DNA of 64,000 bases, taken from the NCBI RefSeq assembly GCF_963921235.1, contig NC_086108.1:114330001-114394000 (forward strand). Direction: 5' to 3'. The translations under genes were made by a program, and so were the position numbers. A model generated the notes under the pieces. That model made no database searches. It was not told the DNA's origin and was given only the letters and a program-made list of their open reading frames with translations. The stretch is from Mobula hypostoma. Lineage: Eukaryota. Below are positions 40,380-53,963 of the stretch, one piece after another. How positions within the stretch are numbered: position 1 is the stretch's first letter; each line of letters opens with the position of its first letter.

Positions 40380-42005
40380 GTTCATAAGAGCAGGGATGTA
40401 ATGTTGGGTCTTTATAAGGCATTGTGCAGACTGCATTGGGATATTGTGAGCAGTTTTGGGCCCCTTATTTAAGAAAAGATGTGCTGGAATTGGAGAAGGT
40501 CCAGAGGAGGTTCATGAGAATAATCCAGGAATGAAAGGGTTAATATATGAGGCGCGTTTGATGGCTGTGGGCCTGTACTTGCTGGAGTTTAGAAGAATGA
40601 GGGGGATCTTATTGCAAGCTATTGAATATTTAAAGGCCAAGAGAGGATGTTTCCTTCAGCAGGGGAGTGTAGGAGCAGAGGGCACAGCCTCAGAATAGAG
40701 GGACGTCAATTTAGAACAGAGATGAGGAGGAATTTCTTTAGCTAGACCATAGTGAGTTTGTGGAATTCATTGCCACAGACTGCTGTGGAAGCCAAGACAC
40801 TGAGTATATATACAGTGGAGGTTGATAGGTTCTTGATGAGTCTGGGTGTCAAAGATTACATGGAGAAGGTAGGAAAATGGGGTTGAGAGGGATAATAAAT
40901 GCTTAGCAAGATGAAATCCTTTGGCGTTACAGGAAAGATACTGGCATGGATAGAGGAATGGCTGACAGGCAGGAGGCAGCGAGTGGGAATAAAGGGGGCC
41001 TTTTCTGGTTGGCTGCCAGTTACTAGTGGTGTTCCTCTGGAGCCAGTATTTGGACTATTACTTTTCACATTGTTTGTCAATGATTTAGATAATGGAATTG
41101 ATGGCTTTGTGGCAAAGTTTGTGATGATACAAAGAGAGGTGGAGGGGTAGGTAGTGCTGAGGAAGCAATGCAGTAGTAGGAGGACACCGACAAATTGGAA
41201 AAATGGGCAAAAATGTGGCAGATGGAATACAGTGTTGGGAAATATGTGATAATGCATTTTGGAAAAAGGAACAATAGTGCAGACTATTATCTAAAAGGGG
41301 AGAAGATTCAAATATCAGATATCCCTAAGAGGGACTTAGGAGTTAGTTTACAGGTTGAGTCTCTGGTAAAGAAGGCAAATGCAATATTGGCATTTATTTC
41401 AAGGGGAATAGAATATAAAAGAAAGGAGATAATGCTGAGGCATTATAAGACACTAGTCAGGCTACACTTGGAGAATTGTCAACAGTTTTGGGCCCCATAT
41501 CTCAGAAAGGATGTCTTGTCATTGGAGAGAGACCCGAGAAGGGTCACAAAGATGATTTCAGGAATAAAGGGGTTAACATATAAGGAGCTTTTGGCAGCTT
41601 TGGGCCTGTACTCACTGGAATTTAGAAGAATGCGGGGGGATCTCATTGAAACCTACCGAATGTTGAAAGGACTAGATAGGGTGGATGTGGAGAGGATGTT
41701 TCCTGTGGTGGGGGTATCCAAAAACTAAAAGGCACACCCTCAAAATTGAGGGGTGACCTTTTAGAACAGAGGTAAGGAGGAATTTTTTTAGTCATGGAGC
41801 AGTGAATCTGAAATGCACTGCCACAGACTGCAGTGGAGGCCAGGTCTGAGGGTATATTGGAAGCAGAAGTTGATAGCTTCCTGATTGGTTAGGGCGTCAA
41901 GCAATACGGTAAGAGGGCAGGTGTATAGGGTTGAATGGGATCCAGGATCAGCCATGATGAAGTAGCATAGTGGACTTGATGGGCTGAATAGCCTAATTCT
42001 GCTAT
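40380..42005 (+). mobile_element. Two adjacent CR1 fragments
   Basis: GRRQRVGIKGAFSGWLPVTSGVP, KKANAILAFISRG. Confidence 0.9.
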
Positions 42006-42084
42006 TAGTTAGTTTACCTTCATATTTAATCTTTTCTCTCTTTATAGTTTTTTTAGTTGCCTTCTGTTGGTTTTTAAAAGCTTC

Positions 42085-42330
42085 CCAATGTCAGATACAG
42101 AGTAAAGCTCCCTCTGCACTGCCCCCTCCCACACTCCAGGGTCAGACAGAGAGTGAAGCTCCCTCTGTAATGTCCCCCCCCCCACACTCCAGGGTCAGAT
42201 ACAGAGCGAAGCTCCCTCTGCACTGTCCCCTCCCACACTCCAGGGTCAGATACAGAGCGAAGCTCCCTCTGTAATGTCCCCTCCCACACTCCAGGGTCAG
42301 ACAGAGAGTGAAGCTCCCTCTGTAATGTCC
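42085..42330. repeat. About 51-bp minisatellite, about 5 copies
   Basis: Unit CCAGGGTCAGATACAGAGCGAAGCTCCCTCTGCACTGTCCCCTCCCACACT. Confidence 0.9.
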
Positions 42331-42344
42331 CAATGCAAACTCCT

Positions 42345-44130
42345 GTAAATGGAAAACCACAGCACAGTGTAGGCCCTTCAGCCCACAATGCAGTGCTGAA
42401 CTTCTAACCCATCCCACCTACACAACCCTCCTTTTTTTATCATCCTCATGCCAATCTTTCTTAAATGCCCCTATGCATCTTCCTCTATCACCACCTCTGG
42501 CGGGGCATTCCACACACTTACTGCTCTCTGTGTAAACCCTTACCTCTGATATCCTCCAATCACCTTAAAATTATGCCCCTTGTGTTAACCGTTTCTGCCC
42601 TGGGAAAACGTCTCTGGCTGTCCACTCTATCTATGCCTCTCATCACCTTGTACACCTCTATCAAGTCACCTTTCATCTTCCTTCACTCCACAGAGAAAAG
42701 CTCTAGCTCGCTCAACCCATCCTCATAATCCTCATGCTCTCTAATCCAGGCAACATCCTAGTAAATCTCTTCTGCACCCTCTCCATATCCTTCCTATAAT
42801 GAGATGACCAGAACTGAACACAATATTCCAAGTGAGATCGATCCAGAATTTTTTATAGAGCAACACTGCTCTTGAACTCAGTCTCTCAAATAATGAAGGC
42901 CAGTGCACCATACACCTCCTTAACCATCCTATCAACTTGCATGGAAATTTGAGCGATCCTAAGATTCCTCTGTTCCTTTATACTGCTAAGAATCCTACCA
43001 TTAACCCTGTATTCTGCCTGCAAGTTTGCCCTTAAAAAGTGAATCACTTCACACTTTCCTGGCTGAACTCCGTCTGCCACTTCTCAGCCCAGCTTTGCAT
43101 TTTGTTAATGTCCCATTGTAACCTTTGACAACCTTCTACACTGTCCTGAACTCCACCAACTTTTCTGTCATCAGTAAACTTGCTAACATCCTTCACTTCC
43201 TCATCCGAATCCCTGTGGAATACCACTGGTCACCGACCTCCAGGCATCAGCCACCCTCTACCTTCTGTGGGCAAGCCAATTCTGGATCCACAGAGCTAGA
43301 TTTCCCTGGATCCCATGCCTCCTGACCCTCTGAATGAGCCTACCATGGGGAACCTTATCAAATGCCTTACTAAAATCCATATACACTACATCCACTGCTC
43401 TACCTTCATCAATGTGCTTTGTCACATCCTCAAAGAATTCAGTCAGGCTTGTGAGGCACAACCTGCCCCTCACAAAGCCAAACAGACTATACCTAATCAG
43501 ATTGTCTCTCCAAATGCTCATCAATCCTGTCTCTGAGAGTCCTCTACAATAATTTTCCCACCACTAAAGTAGTACTTACTGTTCTATAATTTCCAGCGGT
43601 CTCCTCATTCTGCATTCGTTTAGAACCCCAATGTACAGGTGTATGGATGATCTGTCTGGGATGGTACACAAGCAAAAGCAATTCACTGTAGCATTATAAG
43701 ATATATGAGCAGAATTAGGCCATTCAGCCCATTGAATCTTCTCTGCCATTCCACCATGGCTGATTTATTATCCCTCTCAACCCCATTCTCCAGCCTTATC
43801 CCCATAACTTTTGATGCCCTGACTAATCAAGAACCTGTCAACTCCTGCCTTAAATAGACCCAATGACTTGGCCTCCACAGCTGGCTGGGGCAATTAATTC
43901 CACAGATTCACCCCCCTCTGGCTAAAGAAATTCCTCCTCATCTCTGTTGTACATAGACGTCCCTCTATTCTGAGGCTGTGCCCACTGTTATTAGACTCCC
44001 CCCACTATAGGAAACATCCTCCCCACGTCCATTCTGTGTAGGCTGTTCAACATTTGACAGATTTCAATGAGATCTCCCTTCGTGCTGCTCAACTCCAGCG
44101 AGTACAGGCCAGCGGCATCAAGTGTTCCTA
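42345..44130 (-). mobile_element. CR1 fragments
   Basis: AVDVVYMDFSKAFDKVPHGRL, SKFTDDRKVGG on minus. Confidence 0.88.
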
Positions 44131-44368
44131 GAATAAATATATGCTGCATTCTGTTTTCATTTTGCTACTCCGATGTTCTTGGTTAATAGAATGATTTGTC
44201 TGGGTGGCGTACAAGCAAAAGCTTTTCACTGTATCTCAGTACATGTACCAATACCAATGGCAGCAGAGTAACTGGGAAGTACTGTAATCCATATACACCA
44301 CTCCAGCTTCATCAGTTCCTTCTCTCACGTCACGTTGATTCATAAATCATGTTGATCTCATCCTGCAG

Positions 44369-44439
44369 GGTAGCGGTGCTGGATAAAGTGACGGACTTCC
44401 TGTTGTTTCTGGGAAAACTTCTCATCGTTGGGGGTGTGG
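44369..44439 (+). CDS. SLC44A5: SLC44A5-like exon 9
   Basis: ctgcag|G...GTGG|gtaagt; VAVLDKVTDFLLFLGKLLIVGGV; 71 nt. Confidence 0.95.
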
Positions 44440-45424
44440 GTAAGTCCTGGTCTCACCACAGTCTAACTGTAATGCTCCCACACACATCCGCTCCCAGAGG
44501 ATTCCTCATGTTCACCGACAAGATGCTCCTTTGCATTTGATTCACTGCACAGAAGGAGGCTGTTTGGCCCATCAAGCCGGTACTGACCCTTTGAAAGTTT
44601 TTTCAAATCCCCAACTCACTCCCTGCATCCCTGCACATTCCCTCATCCCTGTTGAATCTGCTTCCTAATCTGGCAGAGATTCCTGCTGAGGGAACATTCT
44701 CCCCCTCTCCCCCTCTCCCCCACGCCCCTCTGCCCCTCTCCTTCACCTCGTGTCCTCTGGTTATGAACGTTAAGCACAGTTCAGCCTCCCTCATTCAGCA
44801 CGGCAGCGTAGCAGTTACATAATGCATTACAGCACCGGCAGTCCAGGTTCAATTCCCGCCACTGTCTGCGAGGAGTTTGTATGTTCTCCCTGGGACTACA
44901 TGGGTTTCCTCCAGGTGCTCTGGTTTCCTCCCACATTCCAAAAACGTATGGGTTAGGGTTAGTGAGTTGTGGACGTGCTACGTTGGTGCTGGATGTATGG
45001 CAACACTTGCGGGCTGCCCCCAGCACATTCTCGGACTTGGTTGTTGATTTAAACAACGCGTTTCGGTGACAAAAGGTGGCAGCCCGAAACAGCCTCTGTT
45101 TATTCTGCTCCATTGATGCTGCCTGACCTGCTGTGCTCCTCCAGCATTTCTGTGTGTTGTGATATATTTCATTGTATATTTTGATATTTCGGTATACATG
45201 TGACACACGTGACTGATCTTTCTTTTACTTTCTATACATTAGATTAGATTCAGCTTTATTGTCATTGTGCCGAGTACAGATACAAAGCCAATGAAATGCA
45301 GTTAGCATCTAACCAGAAATGCAAAGAATAGTGTTATTTACAAAATAACTGTGAATGAAAAGTAAGTGCTACAGCACACAAATATAAAAGTACTGAGACA
45401 GTACAATATGGGTGCAATATTTGC

Positions 45425-45920
45425 TGATCATGTTTGCTGTTGTGTGCTGGGGCAGCAGGCTGAGGGTAGCAGACACCAACAGAATCAACAAACTCATTCG
45501 TAAGGCCAGTGATGTTGTGGGGATGGAACTGGACTCTCTGATGGTGGTGTCTGAAAAGAGGATGCTGTCTAAGTTGCATGCCATCTTGGACAATGTCTCC
45601 CATCCACTACATAATGTACTGGGTGGGCACAGGAGTACACTCAGCCAGAGACTCATTCCACCGAGATGCAGCACAGAGCGTCATAGGAAGTCATTCCTGC
45701 CTGTGGCCATCAAACTTTACAACTCCTCCCTTGGAGGGTCAGACACCTGAGCCAATAGGCTGGTCCTGGACTTATTTCCTGGCATAATTTACATATTACT
45801 ATTTAATTATTTATGGTTCTATTACTATTTAATTATTTATGGTGCAACTGTAACGAAAACCAATTTCCCCCGGGATCAATAAAGTATGACTATGACTATG
45901 ACTATGACTATGACTATGAT
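45425..45920 (+). mobile_element. Young Rex-Babar-like LINE 3' end with (CTATGA)n tail, nested in a minus-strand Rex-type element (45240-46150)
   Basis: FAVVCWGS...RCSTERHRKSFLPVAIKLYN, AATAAA, then microsatellite tail; sister copy at 63720-63970 (-). Confidence 0.85.
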
Positions 45921-46649
45921 ACTGCTTAGCGTTTTGATGTGAGGTTCAGCAGGGTCACAGCCTCAGGGAAGAAGCTCTTCCTGTACCTGCTGGTGCGGGA
46001 GCGGAGGCTCCTGTAGCGCCTACTGGACGGGAGGAGAGTAAACGGTCCATGGTCAGGGTGAGATGCATCCTTGATGATGCTTTTTGCCCTGCCCAGGCAG
46101 CGTTTATGGTAGATGTTCTCAATGGTGGGCAATCGGGTGCTCTTCATGATCAATCATCTTTCCCATTCTCGGCGTTCCCATCACCCCTCCGCTGGAGACC
46201 GTGTTTCAGCTGCACCCTCTTGACCCCAGCCACCTCTCTCCTGTTGGCCGGCCGTTAACCTTTGATCTAGGGGGTGCTGATGGTGATGTGCCCAGTGAGT
46301 GGTCCTGGGACTCTTCTATTTTACTCAGAGATATTATTGTGGTACAGGCCCTTCTGGCCTTCGAGCCACACTGCCCAGCAACCCCCATCTCAACCCTAAC
46401 CTAATCACGGGACAATTTACAGTTACAATGGACAATTAACCTACGAATCAGTATGTCTTTGGAGTGTGGGAGGAAACTAGAGCACCTGGAGGAAACCCAG
46501 GCATTCCAGGAGGAGAGCATACAAACTCATCAGATTGAACTCCAGTCACTGAGCTGTAATAGCATCATGTGACTGTGGTGCCCTGTGCATTTTGCATTGT
46601 ACAGACTCATGGCATTTGTTACCGGAAACTTCCATGAATATCCCACCTT

Positions 46650-47052
46650 AATGCCCCACCTCCCCCTCGTACCCCATCCATTATTTATTTATATACACAC
46701 ATTCTTTCTCTCTCTCTCCTTTTTCTCCCTCTGTCCCTCTGACTATACCCCTTATCCATCCTCTGGGTTTCCCCCCTCCCCCTTTTCCTTCTCCCTGGGC
46801 CTCCTGTCCCATGATCCTCTCGTATCCCTTTTGCCAATCACCTGTCCAGCTCTTGGTTCCATCCTTCCCCCTCCCGTCTTCTCCTATCATTTGGATCTCC
46901 CCCTCCCCCTCCCCCTCCCACTTTCAAATCTCTTACTAGCTCTTCCTTCAGTTAGTCCTGACGAAGGGCCTCGGCCCGAAACGTCGACGGTACCTCTTCC
47001 TAGAGATGCTGCCTGGCCTGCTGCGTTCACCAGCAACTTTGATGTGTGTTGT
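46650..47052 (+). mobile_element. Penelope 3' terminal fragment carrying a hammerhead motif
   Basis: Near-identical reverse complement of 26062-26470 and 59322-59720. Confidence 0.9.
46954..46988 (+). ncRNA. Minimal type I hammerhead ribozyme motif (Penelope-associated)
   Basis: AGTC-CTGACGA-A-GGGC-CTCG-GCCC-GAAA-C-GTC-GAC: core boxes, 4-bp helix II with tetraloop, GUC site, short helix I. Confidence 0.7.
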
Positions 47053-47079
47053 TCCGACTGTTTCTGTCTCCCCTTTGAG

Positions 47080-47635
47080 GAGGAACCGAGGGATCTTGGG
47101 GTCCACGTCCACAGATCCCTCAAAGTTGTTCTGCAGATTGATAGGGTGGTTAAGGAGGTGTGTGGAGTGTCGGCGGATCGGGTTCAAGAGCCATGATAAT
47201 GTTACAGCTCTTTAAAATACTGGATAGACCACACTTGGAGTATTGTGTTCGGTTCTGGTCACCTCATAAAGATGATGTGGAAGGTTTAGGGAGGGTGCAG
47301 AGGAGATTTACCAGGATGCAGCCGGGATTAAAGAACATTGATAATGAGGATAGGTTGAGCGAGCTAGGGCTTTTCTCTCTGGAGTGAAGCAGGTAATTTG
47401 ATAGAGCTGTAGAAGGTGATAGGAGAGATAGACTGAGTGGGCAGCCAGAGACATTTTCAAGGGTAGAAATGGCTAATTAAAGCGGGCATAACTTTTAAGG
47501 TAGTGGAGAAAAGTATAGGGGGGAATTTTCAGGGGTAGATCTTTTCTACACACTGGAAGGGATACGTGGAACACACTGGAGTAGTTGTAGGGGCAGGTGC
47601 ATTAGGGATATTTAAGAAAATCTTAGATAGGAACA
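47080..47635 (+). mobile_element. CR1 3' fragment
   Basis: LDRPHLEYCVRFWSPH...RVQRRFTRM. Confidence 0.85.
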
Positions 47636-48295
47636 TCTACTCCCTTCTTTGGTGCACTGAGGCTGTGGCCTTCTCAGGGCTTCGTGTCTGTGGGCTCTGC
47701 GATGTTGACTCCGCAATGTGCCAAACTGAGGCTGTGGCTGTGACTGTGTGGCCACGGCCTGCCCTGGGCTTCGTGTCTGAGGACTCAAATTTGTTCTAAA
47801 TGCTATTTAGGCTTACTTTTATTGTTTGCTCGATTTGCTCTCTTTCTCTGCACATTGAGTGTTTGACAGTCTTTTTTTTAATGGGTTCTTTTGGGGTCCT
47901 TTGTTTTGTGGCTGCCCTGTATGTATACATTATACATGCTTTGATAATAAATATACTTTGACTTTGCATTATAGAAAAAGGGAAGTCTATGTGGGAGGCA
48001 AGGGTTAGGTTGATCTTAGAGTAGATTAAAGGGTCAGCACAACGTGGTGGGGCCAAAGGCCCTGTGTTCTATATATTTTTTTGTTTGTAGACCCTTCCAG
48101 CACCACTCAGCAGCCCCGACAACCCTAATTCATCACGGAGCAATCTATAATAAGCAATTAATCTAGCCAGTACATCTTTGGACAGTGGGAGGAACCTGGA
48201 GCACCTAGAGAAAACCCATGTATTCCACAAGGAGGGCATTCAGAGACTCATCCTCTGTTCTTTGTCTAATGACTGATGTTTCCCTGTGTTTCTAG

Positions 48296-48384
48296 GAGTT
48301 CTGGCCTTTTTCTTCTTCACACGGAGGATAACCATCATCGCGGAGGAAGCTCCCTCGCTGAACTATTACTGGGTCCCTCTGGCG
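48296..48384 (+). CDS. SLC44A5: SLC44A5-like exon 10
   Basis: ttctag|GA...GCG|gtatgg; [30 protein letters not shown]; 89 nt. Confidence 0.93.
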
Positions 48385-49766
48385 GTATGGACTGTTCTGT
48401 CTTCCCTCCCCCTCCCCCACCCTCCAACCATTCATCGTAGACAGGGAGAATCTCAAAATCAAAGTGGAGTTTATTCTCGTTGGCGCAAAGCCCAGTGAGT
48501 GTCACACACACAGTCTTCGCAAGGAAATATGCAAGCTAAACATTACAAAAATAATGTCAGGGCTTGAGGACCTGAGTTACCGGGAAAGGTTGAATCGGTT
48601 TAAACTTTATTCCCTGGAGCTGAGGAGAACGAGGGGAGATTTGACAGAGGTACATAACATTACAAGAGGTATAGATAGGGTTAATGTGAGCAGGCTTTCT
48701 CTCCTGAGGTTGGGTGATACTCAAACTAGAGGTCATGGGTGAAAGGTGAAGCATTTTTTGGGTACCTGAGAGGTACGTCATCACTCAGGGCGGTGAGAGT
48801 GTGGAACGAGCTGCCAGTGGAAGAGGGTTATTTATTTAGAGATACAGTGTGGAATAGGCCCTCCCGGCTCGACAAACCACCACCTCACTAACCCCTGATT
48901 AAACCCTAGCCTCATCACGGGACGATTTACAATGACCAATTAGCCTACAAACCGGTACACCTTTGGAGTGCGGGGGGAAACAGGATCACCCAGGGAAAAC
49001 GCAGGCATTCCATACAGACAGCGTCAGAATTGAACTCTGAACTCTGGCACCTGCAGCTGTAATAGCGTCACGCTAACTGCTACGTTACTGAGGCAACCAG
49101 ATGTGGGTTCGCTTTCAACATTGAAGAGAAGTTTGGATAAGTACCTGGATAGGAGGAGTGACAGGGTTATGGTCCAGCTGCAGGTCAATGGGACTAGGCA
49201 GATTAGTGGTTCAGCACAGACCAGATGGGCCGAAGGGCCTGTTTCTGTGTTGTGATGTTCTATAATTCTATAAAATACACAATTTCTGCAAGAAGTAACA
49301 CAAGTGTAATCTCTGACTGTAACTAAAACAGCGAAGACCAGGGACACACAGAACAGGGTCAGAGAGACCGGAGCGGGAGATGGCCATTTGTCCTCTCTGT
49401 GCCGTTCCGTGAGGTGACAGCCAATGAGGGGTGGGTCTTCTCACCTGCTTGCTGTTACCCTCCCTCTCCCGGGGTGCACCACCTGAAGGAGTGGGTGTGG
49501 GGGCAGAGATCCCCACAACGTTCTGGATACGGCGAGTATTAGGATGAGAACTTCTGTCACCAGGGCAGACCGAAGGGCTGGGGAATGGCTGGGTACCAGA
49601 GGGTCAGAATGGGCACAATGGGGTGAAGGGCCTTTTTCTGTGGCTGCAAATGAGGGAGGGTGAGGTGCAGAAGGGTGGGGAGTGAGTGTAGGGGGAGGGT
49701 GGGAGTATGGGGTACGTATGTGAGGGGGAGTTTCTCTGAGTTTACCCATCCCTCTGCTCTCCACAG

Positions 49767-49851
49767 ACAGTCATTTTCGGTTCCTACCTGATTGCACACG
49801 GATTCTTCAGCGTCTACGCCATGTGTGTGGACACCCTGTTCCTCTGTTTCC
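49767..49851 (+). CDS. SLC44A5: SLC44A5-like exon 11
   Basis: ccacag|ACA...TTCC|gtgagt; [28 protein letters not shown]; 85 nt. Confidence 0.95.
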
Positions 49852-50069
49852 GTGAGTACCTCGGGGAGGGTGGGGCACACTTTGACTGGCCTTCGGGAGG
49901 GTGGGGCACTCAGACTGGACCTCAGGAGGGGTGAGGCCACTCGAATTGCCACACCTCCGAGCTGGGGACAGTCATCTTGGGCATCCCACTGGCCACGGTC
50001 CACATCCCAACCTCACCCACACCTCCTGTCAGACTCAAACTCCCACCGGGCAGGCACCCCCCCCACCCC

Positions 50070-50330
50070 CCACACACACACACACACACACACACACATG
50101 CTCTCTCTATCTATCTCTCTCTCTCTCTCTCTATCTCCTCTCCTTTCACTCTCTCCCTCCCTAATCCCCTCCTCATACCCCCTCTCCTCACTCAGCCCTT
50201 CCTCCCCCTCTCTCCCCCTCTCTCTCCCTCCCCCTCTCTCTCCCTCCCCTTCCCCTCTACCTCTCCCCTCCACCTCCCTCTTCCTTTCCCTCCAACTCCC
50301 CCTCACCTCCCCTCCCACTTTCACCCACAG
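50070..50330. repeat. (CA)n, (CT)n and polypyrimidine tract
   Basis: Direct inspection. Confidence 0.95.
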
Positions 50331-50339
50331 ACCCCTTTG

Positions 50340-51030
50340 GTGACTGAGTTGGACTTTTCTCTGGAACAAAGGAGGATGAGAGGTGACTTATGGAGATGTA
50401 TAAGATGTTGAGAGGCACAGATCAAGTGGACATATGAGGAACGTTTGTCCGCTCTTGGACTGTATCCTTGGAGTTTACAAGAATGAGGGGGGACCTCATA
50501 GAAACATTTCGAATGTTGAGGGGCATGGACAGAGTGGATGTGGCAAAGTTGTTTCCCATGATGGAGAAGTCTAGTACGAGAGGGCATGACTTAAGGATTG
50601 AAGGGCGCCCATTCAGAACAGAAATGCAAAGAAATTTTTTTAGCCAGAGGGTGGTGAATCTATGGAATTTGTTGCCACGGGCAGCAGTGGAGGCCAAGTC
50701 ATTGTGTGTATTTAAGGCAGAGATTGATAGGTATCTGAGTAGCCAGGGCATCAAAGTTCATTGTGAGAAGGCGGGGGAGTGGGACTAAGTGGGAGAATGG
50801 ATCAGCTCATGATAAAATGGCGGAGCAGACTCAGTGGGCCGAATGGCCGACTTCTGCTCCTTTGTCTTATGGTCTTGTGGACGGCCAGACTTTTTCCAAG
50901 AATGGAATAGCTTATTCGAGGGTACATCATTTTGAGGGATATAGGGGGTGTCACAGAGAGTGGTGGGTGTGTGGAACACCCCGCCGGGGGTACTGCTAGA
51001 GGCAGATACATTAGGGACATTGAAGGGACC
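50340..51030 (+). mobile_element. Nested CR1 3' fragments
   Basis: RMRGDLIETFRMLRG...NFFSQRVVNLWNLLP inside an older CR1 end. Confidence 0.85.
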
Positions 51031-51769
51031 CTCAGAATCAGGTTCAACATCACAGAGTTAACATCCCAGGTTTAGCATCACAGTGTCAAAAGTAAATAGT
51101 GCAAAATGAGAGGAAAAATGGTGAGGAAGTGTTCATGGGTTCACTGTGCATTCGGAAATCTGATGGCGGAGGGAATACAACACTTCAGGCTGCTGTACTT
51201 CTCCCTGATGCTAGCAGTGAGCAGAGGGTATGTTCTGGGTGATGCCTTTTTGCAGCATTGTCTTTTGAAGGTGTCCTCGATGCTGGGCTTCATAAGGACA
51301 TGGATGATAGAAAACTGGAGGGCAATGTATCATGAGAGAGACCTTAGAGCAGGTGAAATAGTCAGCACAGGATTGTGGGCCGAAGGACCTTGGCTATTCT
51401 ATGTTCTAAATCCGCAGTTATGCCAAATGATCACAGCTTTACTCTAATTTCTTGTGGCATAATCAGAGGCCATGCTACCCATCAATCTCAGGCTGCTTTA
51501 CCGAGCTGATTCCGCACCCCCCTCCCCCCACACACACAACTTTCCCTGTAACCCATTCTCACCAGCTCCCCTGAGCTTCGACCCTCACCCACACATTAGT
51601 CCATCTTTGGGATGTGCAGGTTTACAGGAGCACCCAGAGGGAGTGGGCGTGCAAACTCCACCGGACAGCGGCAGAGGTCGCGGTTCAACCCGGGTCTCTG
51701 GAGACACGGGGCAGCGGCTGTACCCGCTGCAATCACCCCGGAGGTGCGGGCTCTCGAATCCCAGTCCAT

Positions 51770-52395
51770 ATGGGGGTGAGGAGGGGTGGGATGGGTTACG
51801 GAAGGGTGCGGTACAGAGGGGTGAGGAGGGGAGGGGTGAGGTAGGGTGGGGTACGGAGAGGGGAGAGGAGAGCGGTGGGGTGAGGAGGGGTGGGATGGGG
51901 CATGGAGGGGTGGGAAGGCGAGGGATGGGATGGGGCATGGAGGGGTGGAGAGGAGAGGGGTGGGGTGAGGCGGGATGGGATGGGGTACAGAGGGGTGGAG
52001 AGGAGAGGGGTGGGATGGGGTATGGAGGTGTGGGGTGAGGTGCAGTGGGATGAGGGAGGGAGGGAGGGGTGGGATTGGGTAAGATGGTGTGGGGAGGAGG
52101 GTTGGCATCAGGAGGGGAGGGGTGAGGTGTGGGGTGGCGAGGGATAGGGTGAGGATGGGAGGGATGAGCTGAGGATGAGTGGGGGCGGGGTTAGGAGGAG
52201 TAGATTGCGGTGATGTGAGGAAGGAAATGGTGAGGAGAGGTTTGGATTGGGGAGGGGTGAGGGGTGTGAGGCGGGTAGGGGTGGCGAGGGGAGGGTGTGG
52301 GGGTAGATGTGAGGAGGGGCACGGTGGGGAGTGGTGGTGAGGAGGAGAGGGGTGGGGTGGGGAGGGGTGTGAGATGTGTGGGGTGGAGTGGGGTT
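51770..52395. repeat. G-rich low-complexity tract
   Basis: Dense GGG/GGGG runs. Confidence 0.9.
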
Positions 52396-52661
52396 TGCAC
52401 CACGGTGTGACACTATTACAGTTTGGGCTATGGGAGATCCAAGTTCAATCATGGCGTTCTCAGTAAGGAGTTTGTACGTTCTCCCCATGACCACGTGCGT
52501 TTCCTCCGGGTGCTCTGGTTTCCTCCCACAGTCCAAAGACGTACCAGTTAGTGGGTCACTGTAAACTGTGGCGTGATTTGGCCGGGGTTAAATTGGCGGG
52601 TTGCTGGGCTATTCTGTGCTGTATCTCAGTAAGTCGGTCTGCCTGTCTGTACTGTCTGCAG

Positions 52662-52780
52662 TGGAAGATTTGGAACGAAACGATGGCTCAGAGGAGAGAC
52701 CGTACTTCATGAGTAAAACTCTGATGAAAATTCTGAACAAGAGGAACCGCGAGAATGAGGAGAGGCAAAAGAGCCTCTAA
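52662..52780 (+). CDS. SLC44A5: SLC44A5-like terminal coding exon
   Basis: ctgcag|TG GAA...CTC TAA; LEDLERNDGSEERPYFMSKTLMKILNKRNRENEERQKSL*. Confidence 0.95.
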
Positions 52781-53957
52781 CCCGCATCCACCTGGCACCG
52801 ACAATGTCCAGAAGCGGTCCTGAGGAGTTTCGCTGGAACGTTCTCTAATCCTTGACGTATTCAAGTTACTTACAAGCAATTTTTCTGTGTTTGGGGAAGA
52901 GGCCTCGCTTTCGTCCCCCAGTAACAAGTGTGCAGGAGCCAGGAGTTCTAGGAGGACGTGTCCCGTCTGTGCGTTGGGTACGCTGGTGTCCGTAGTGCGT
53001 CCTGTGACCGGTGAATACTGGTCTGCAAAGACCCTGAGCTCCGACCCTTTCCACAAGGTGTCGTGGTGAGAGATTTGGCCAGATTCGTGTGGGGAGCGGC
53101 TATCCAGTCACAGAGGGTGGTGCATCACAGCTCAGTTCTACTACCTTCCGATGAGGGTGAGAGTATTCAGCGCCTGAGGGAAAGAATTCCCAATGCCTCT
53201 CCCTTTGGGTGAGGGAAAACTCCTTTACTCCTGTGGAGGAGGCCATTCTGCCCACAGAACCATGCTGTTCTTGTTAATCATTAACCACCTATTGATACCC
53301 CTCCCCTTTGCCACAACAACCCCACGCTCTGGGGACAACTAACCCATGTCTTTGCGAACTGGAGCACCCAGGGGAAACCTCCACACAGACAGCACCAGAG
53401 GTCGGGATCGAACCCGGGTCTCTCGACCGGCAGAGAGCGGCTCTACCCGCTGTGCGACTGTCCCAGCCAGGGAGCTGACATGATGAACTGAGTGGCCTAA
53501 TTCTGCTCTGGAGTTTTATAGCATCGATCAGGGAGGGGGTTCCTCTGGGCATAGTCTCCCAGTCAGGGCAGATATGTAAATTCAAAGGGACAAACCACAC
53601 AATGAGAGGGACCAGTCCTGTTCTTGCCCCGTCTTCACTGGGCTGTGATCGTGGGTAGGTGCCAAACACGGGATCCCGGTGATCTGGCATTTCTTTGACT
53701 GTTTTTTTATGGATTACTAACAGGGCCATACAACTCTACTGTTGCTCCACACAAACTGATCACTGCATGACGACTTTAAGCTTTATATTCTAACCCATCT
53801 CTTCTGCTGTGCAGAAAGCGGAGCAATTTTTGCTGTAAATGCTTTGTGCAATTAACTGGCCACGTTTGGTATTTGATGCCTTGTATTGTCCATTACTATC
53901 TGTCCCCTCGGTTGGCCCAATTTTATTGAATAGCACTGCATTGAAATATTTCCATTT

Positions 53958-53963
53958 AATAAA
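53958..53963 (+). terminator. Probable polyadenylation signal (3'UTR about 1.2 kb)
   Basis: First AATAAA I found after the stop codon, in an AT-rich unique stretch followed by T/GT-rich sequence. Confidence 0.6.

Noticed and set aside
49761..49770. Tandem acceptor CACAG/ACAG at exon 11
   Set aside because: The 4-nt shift breaks the frame; only the upstream AG preserves the conserved protein.
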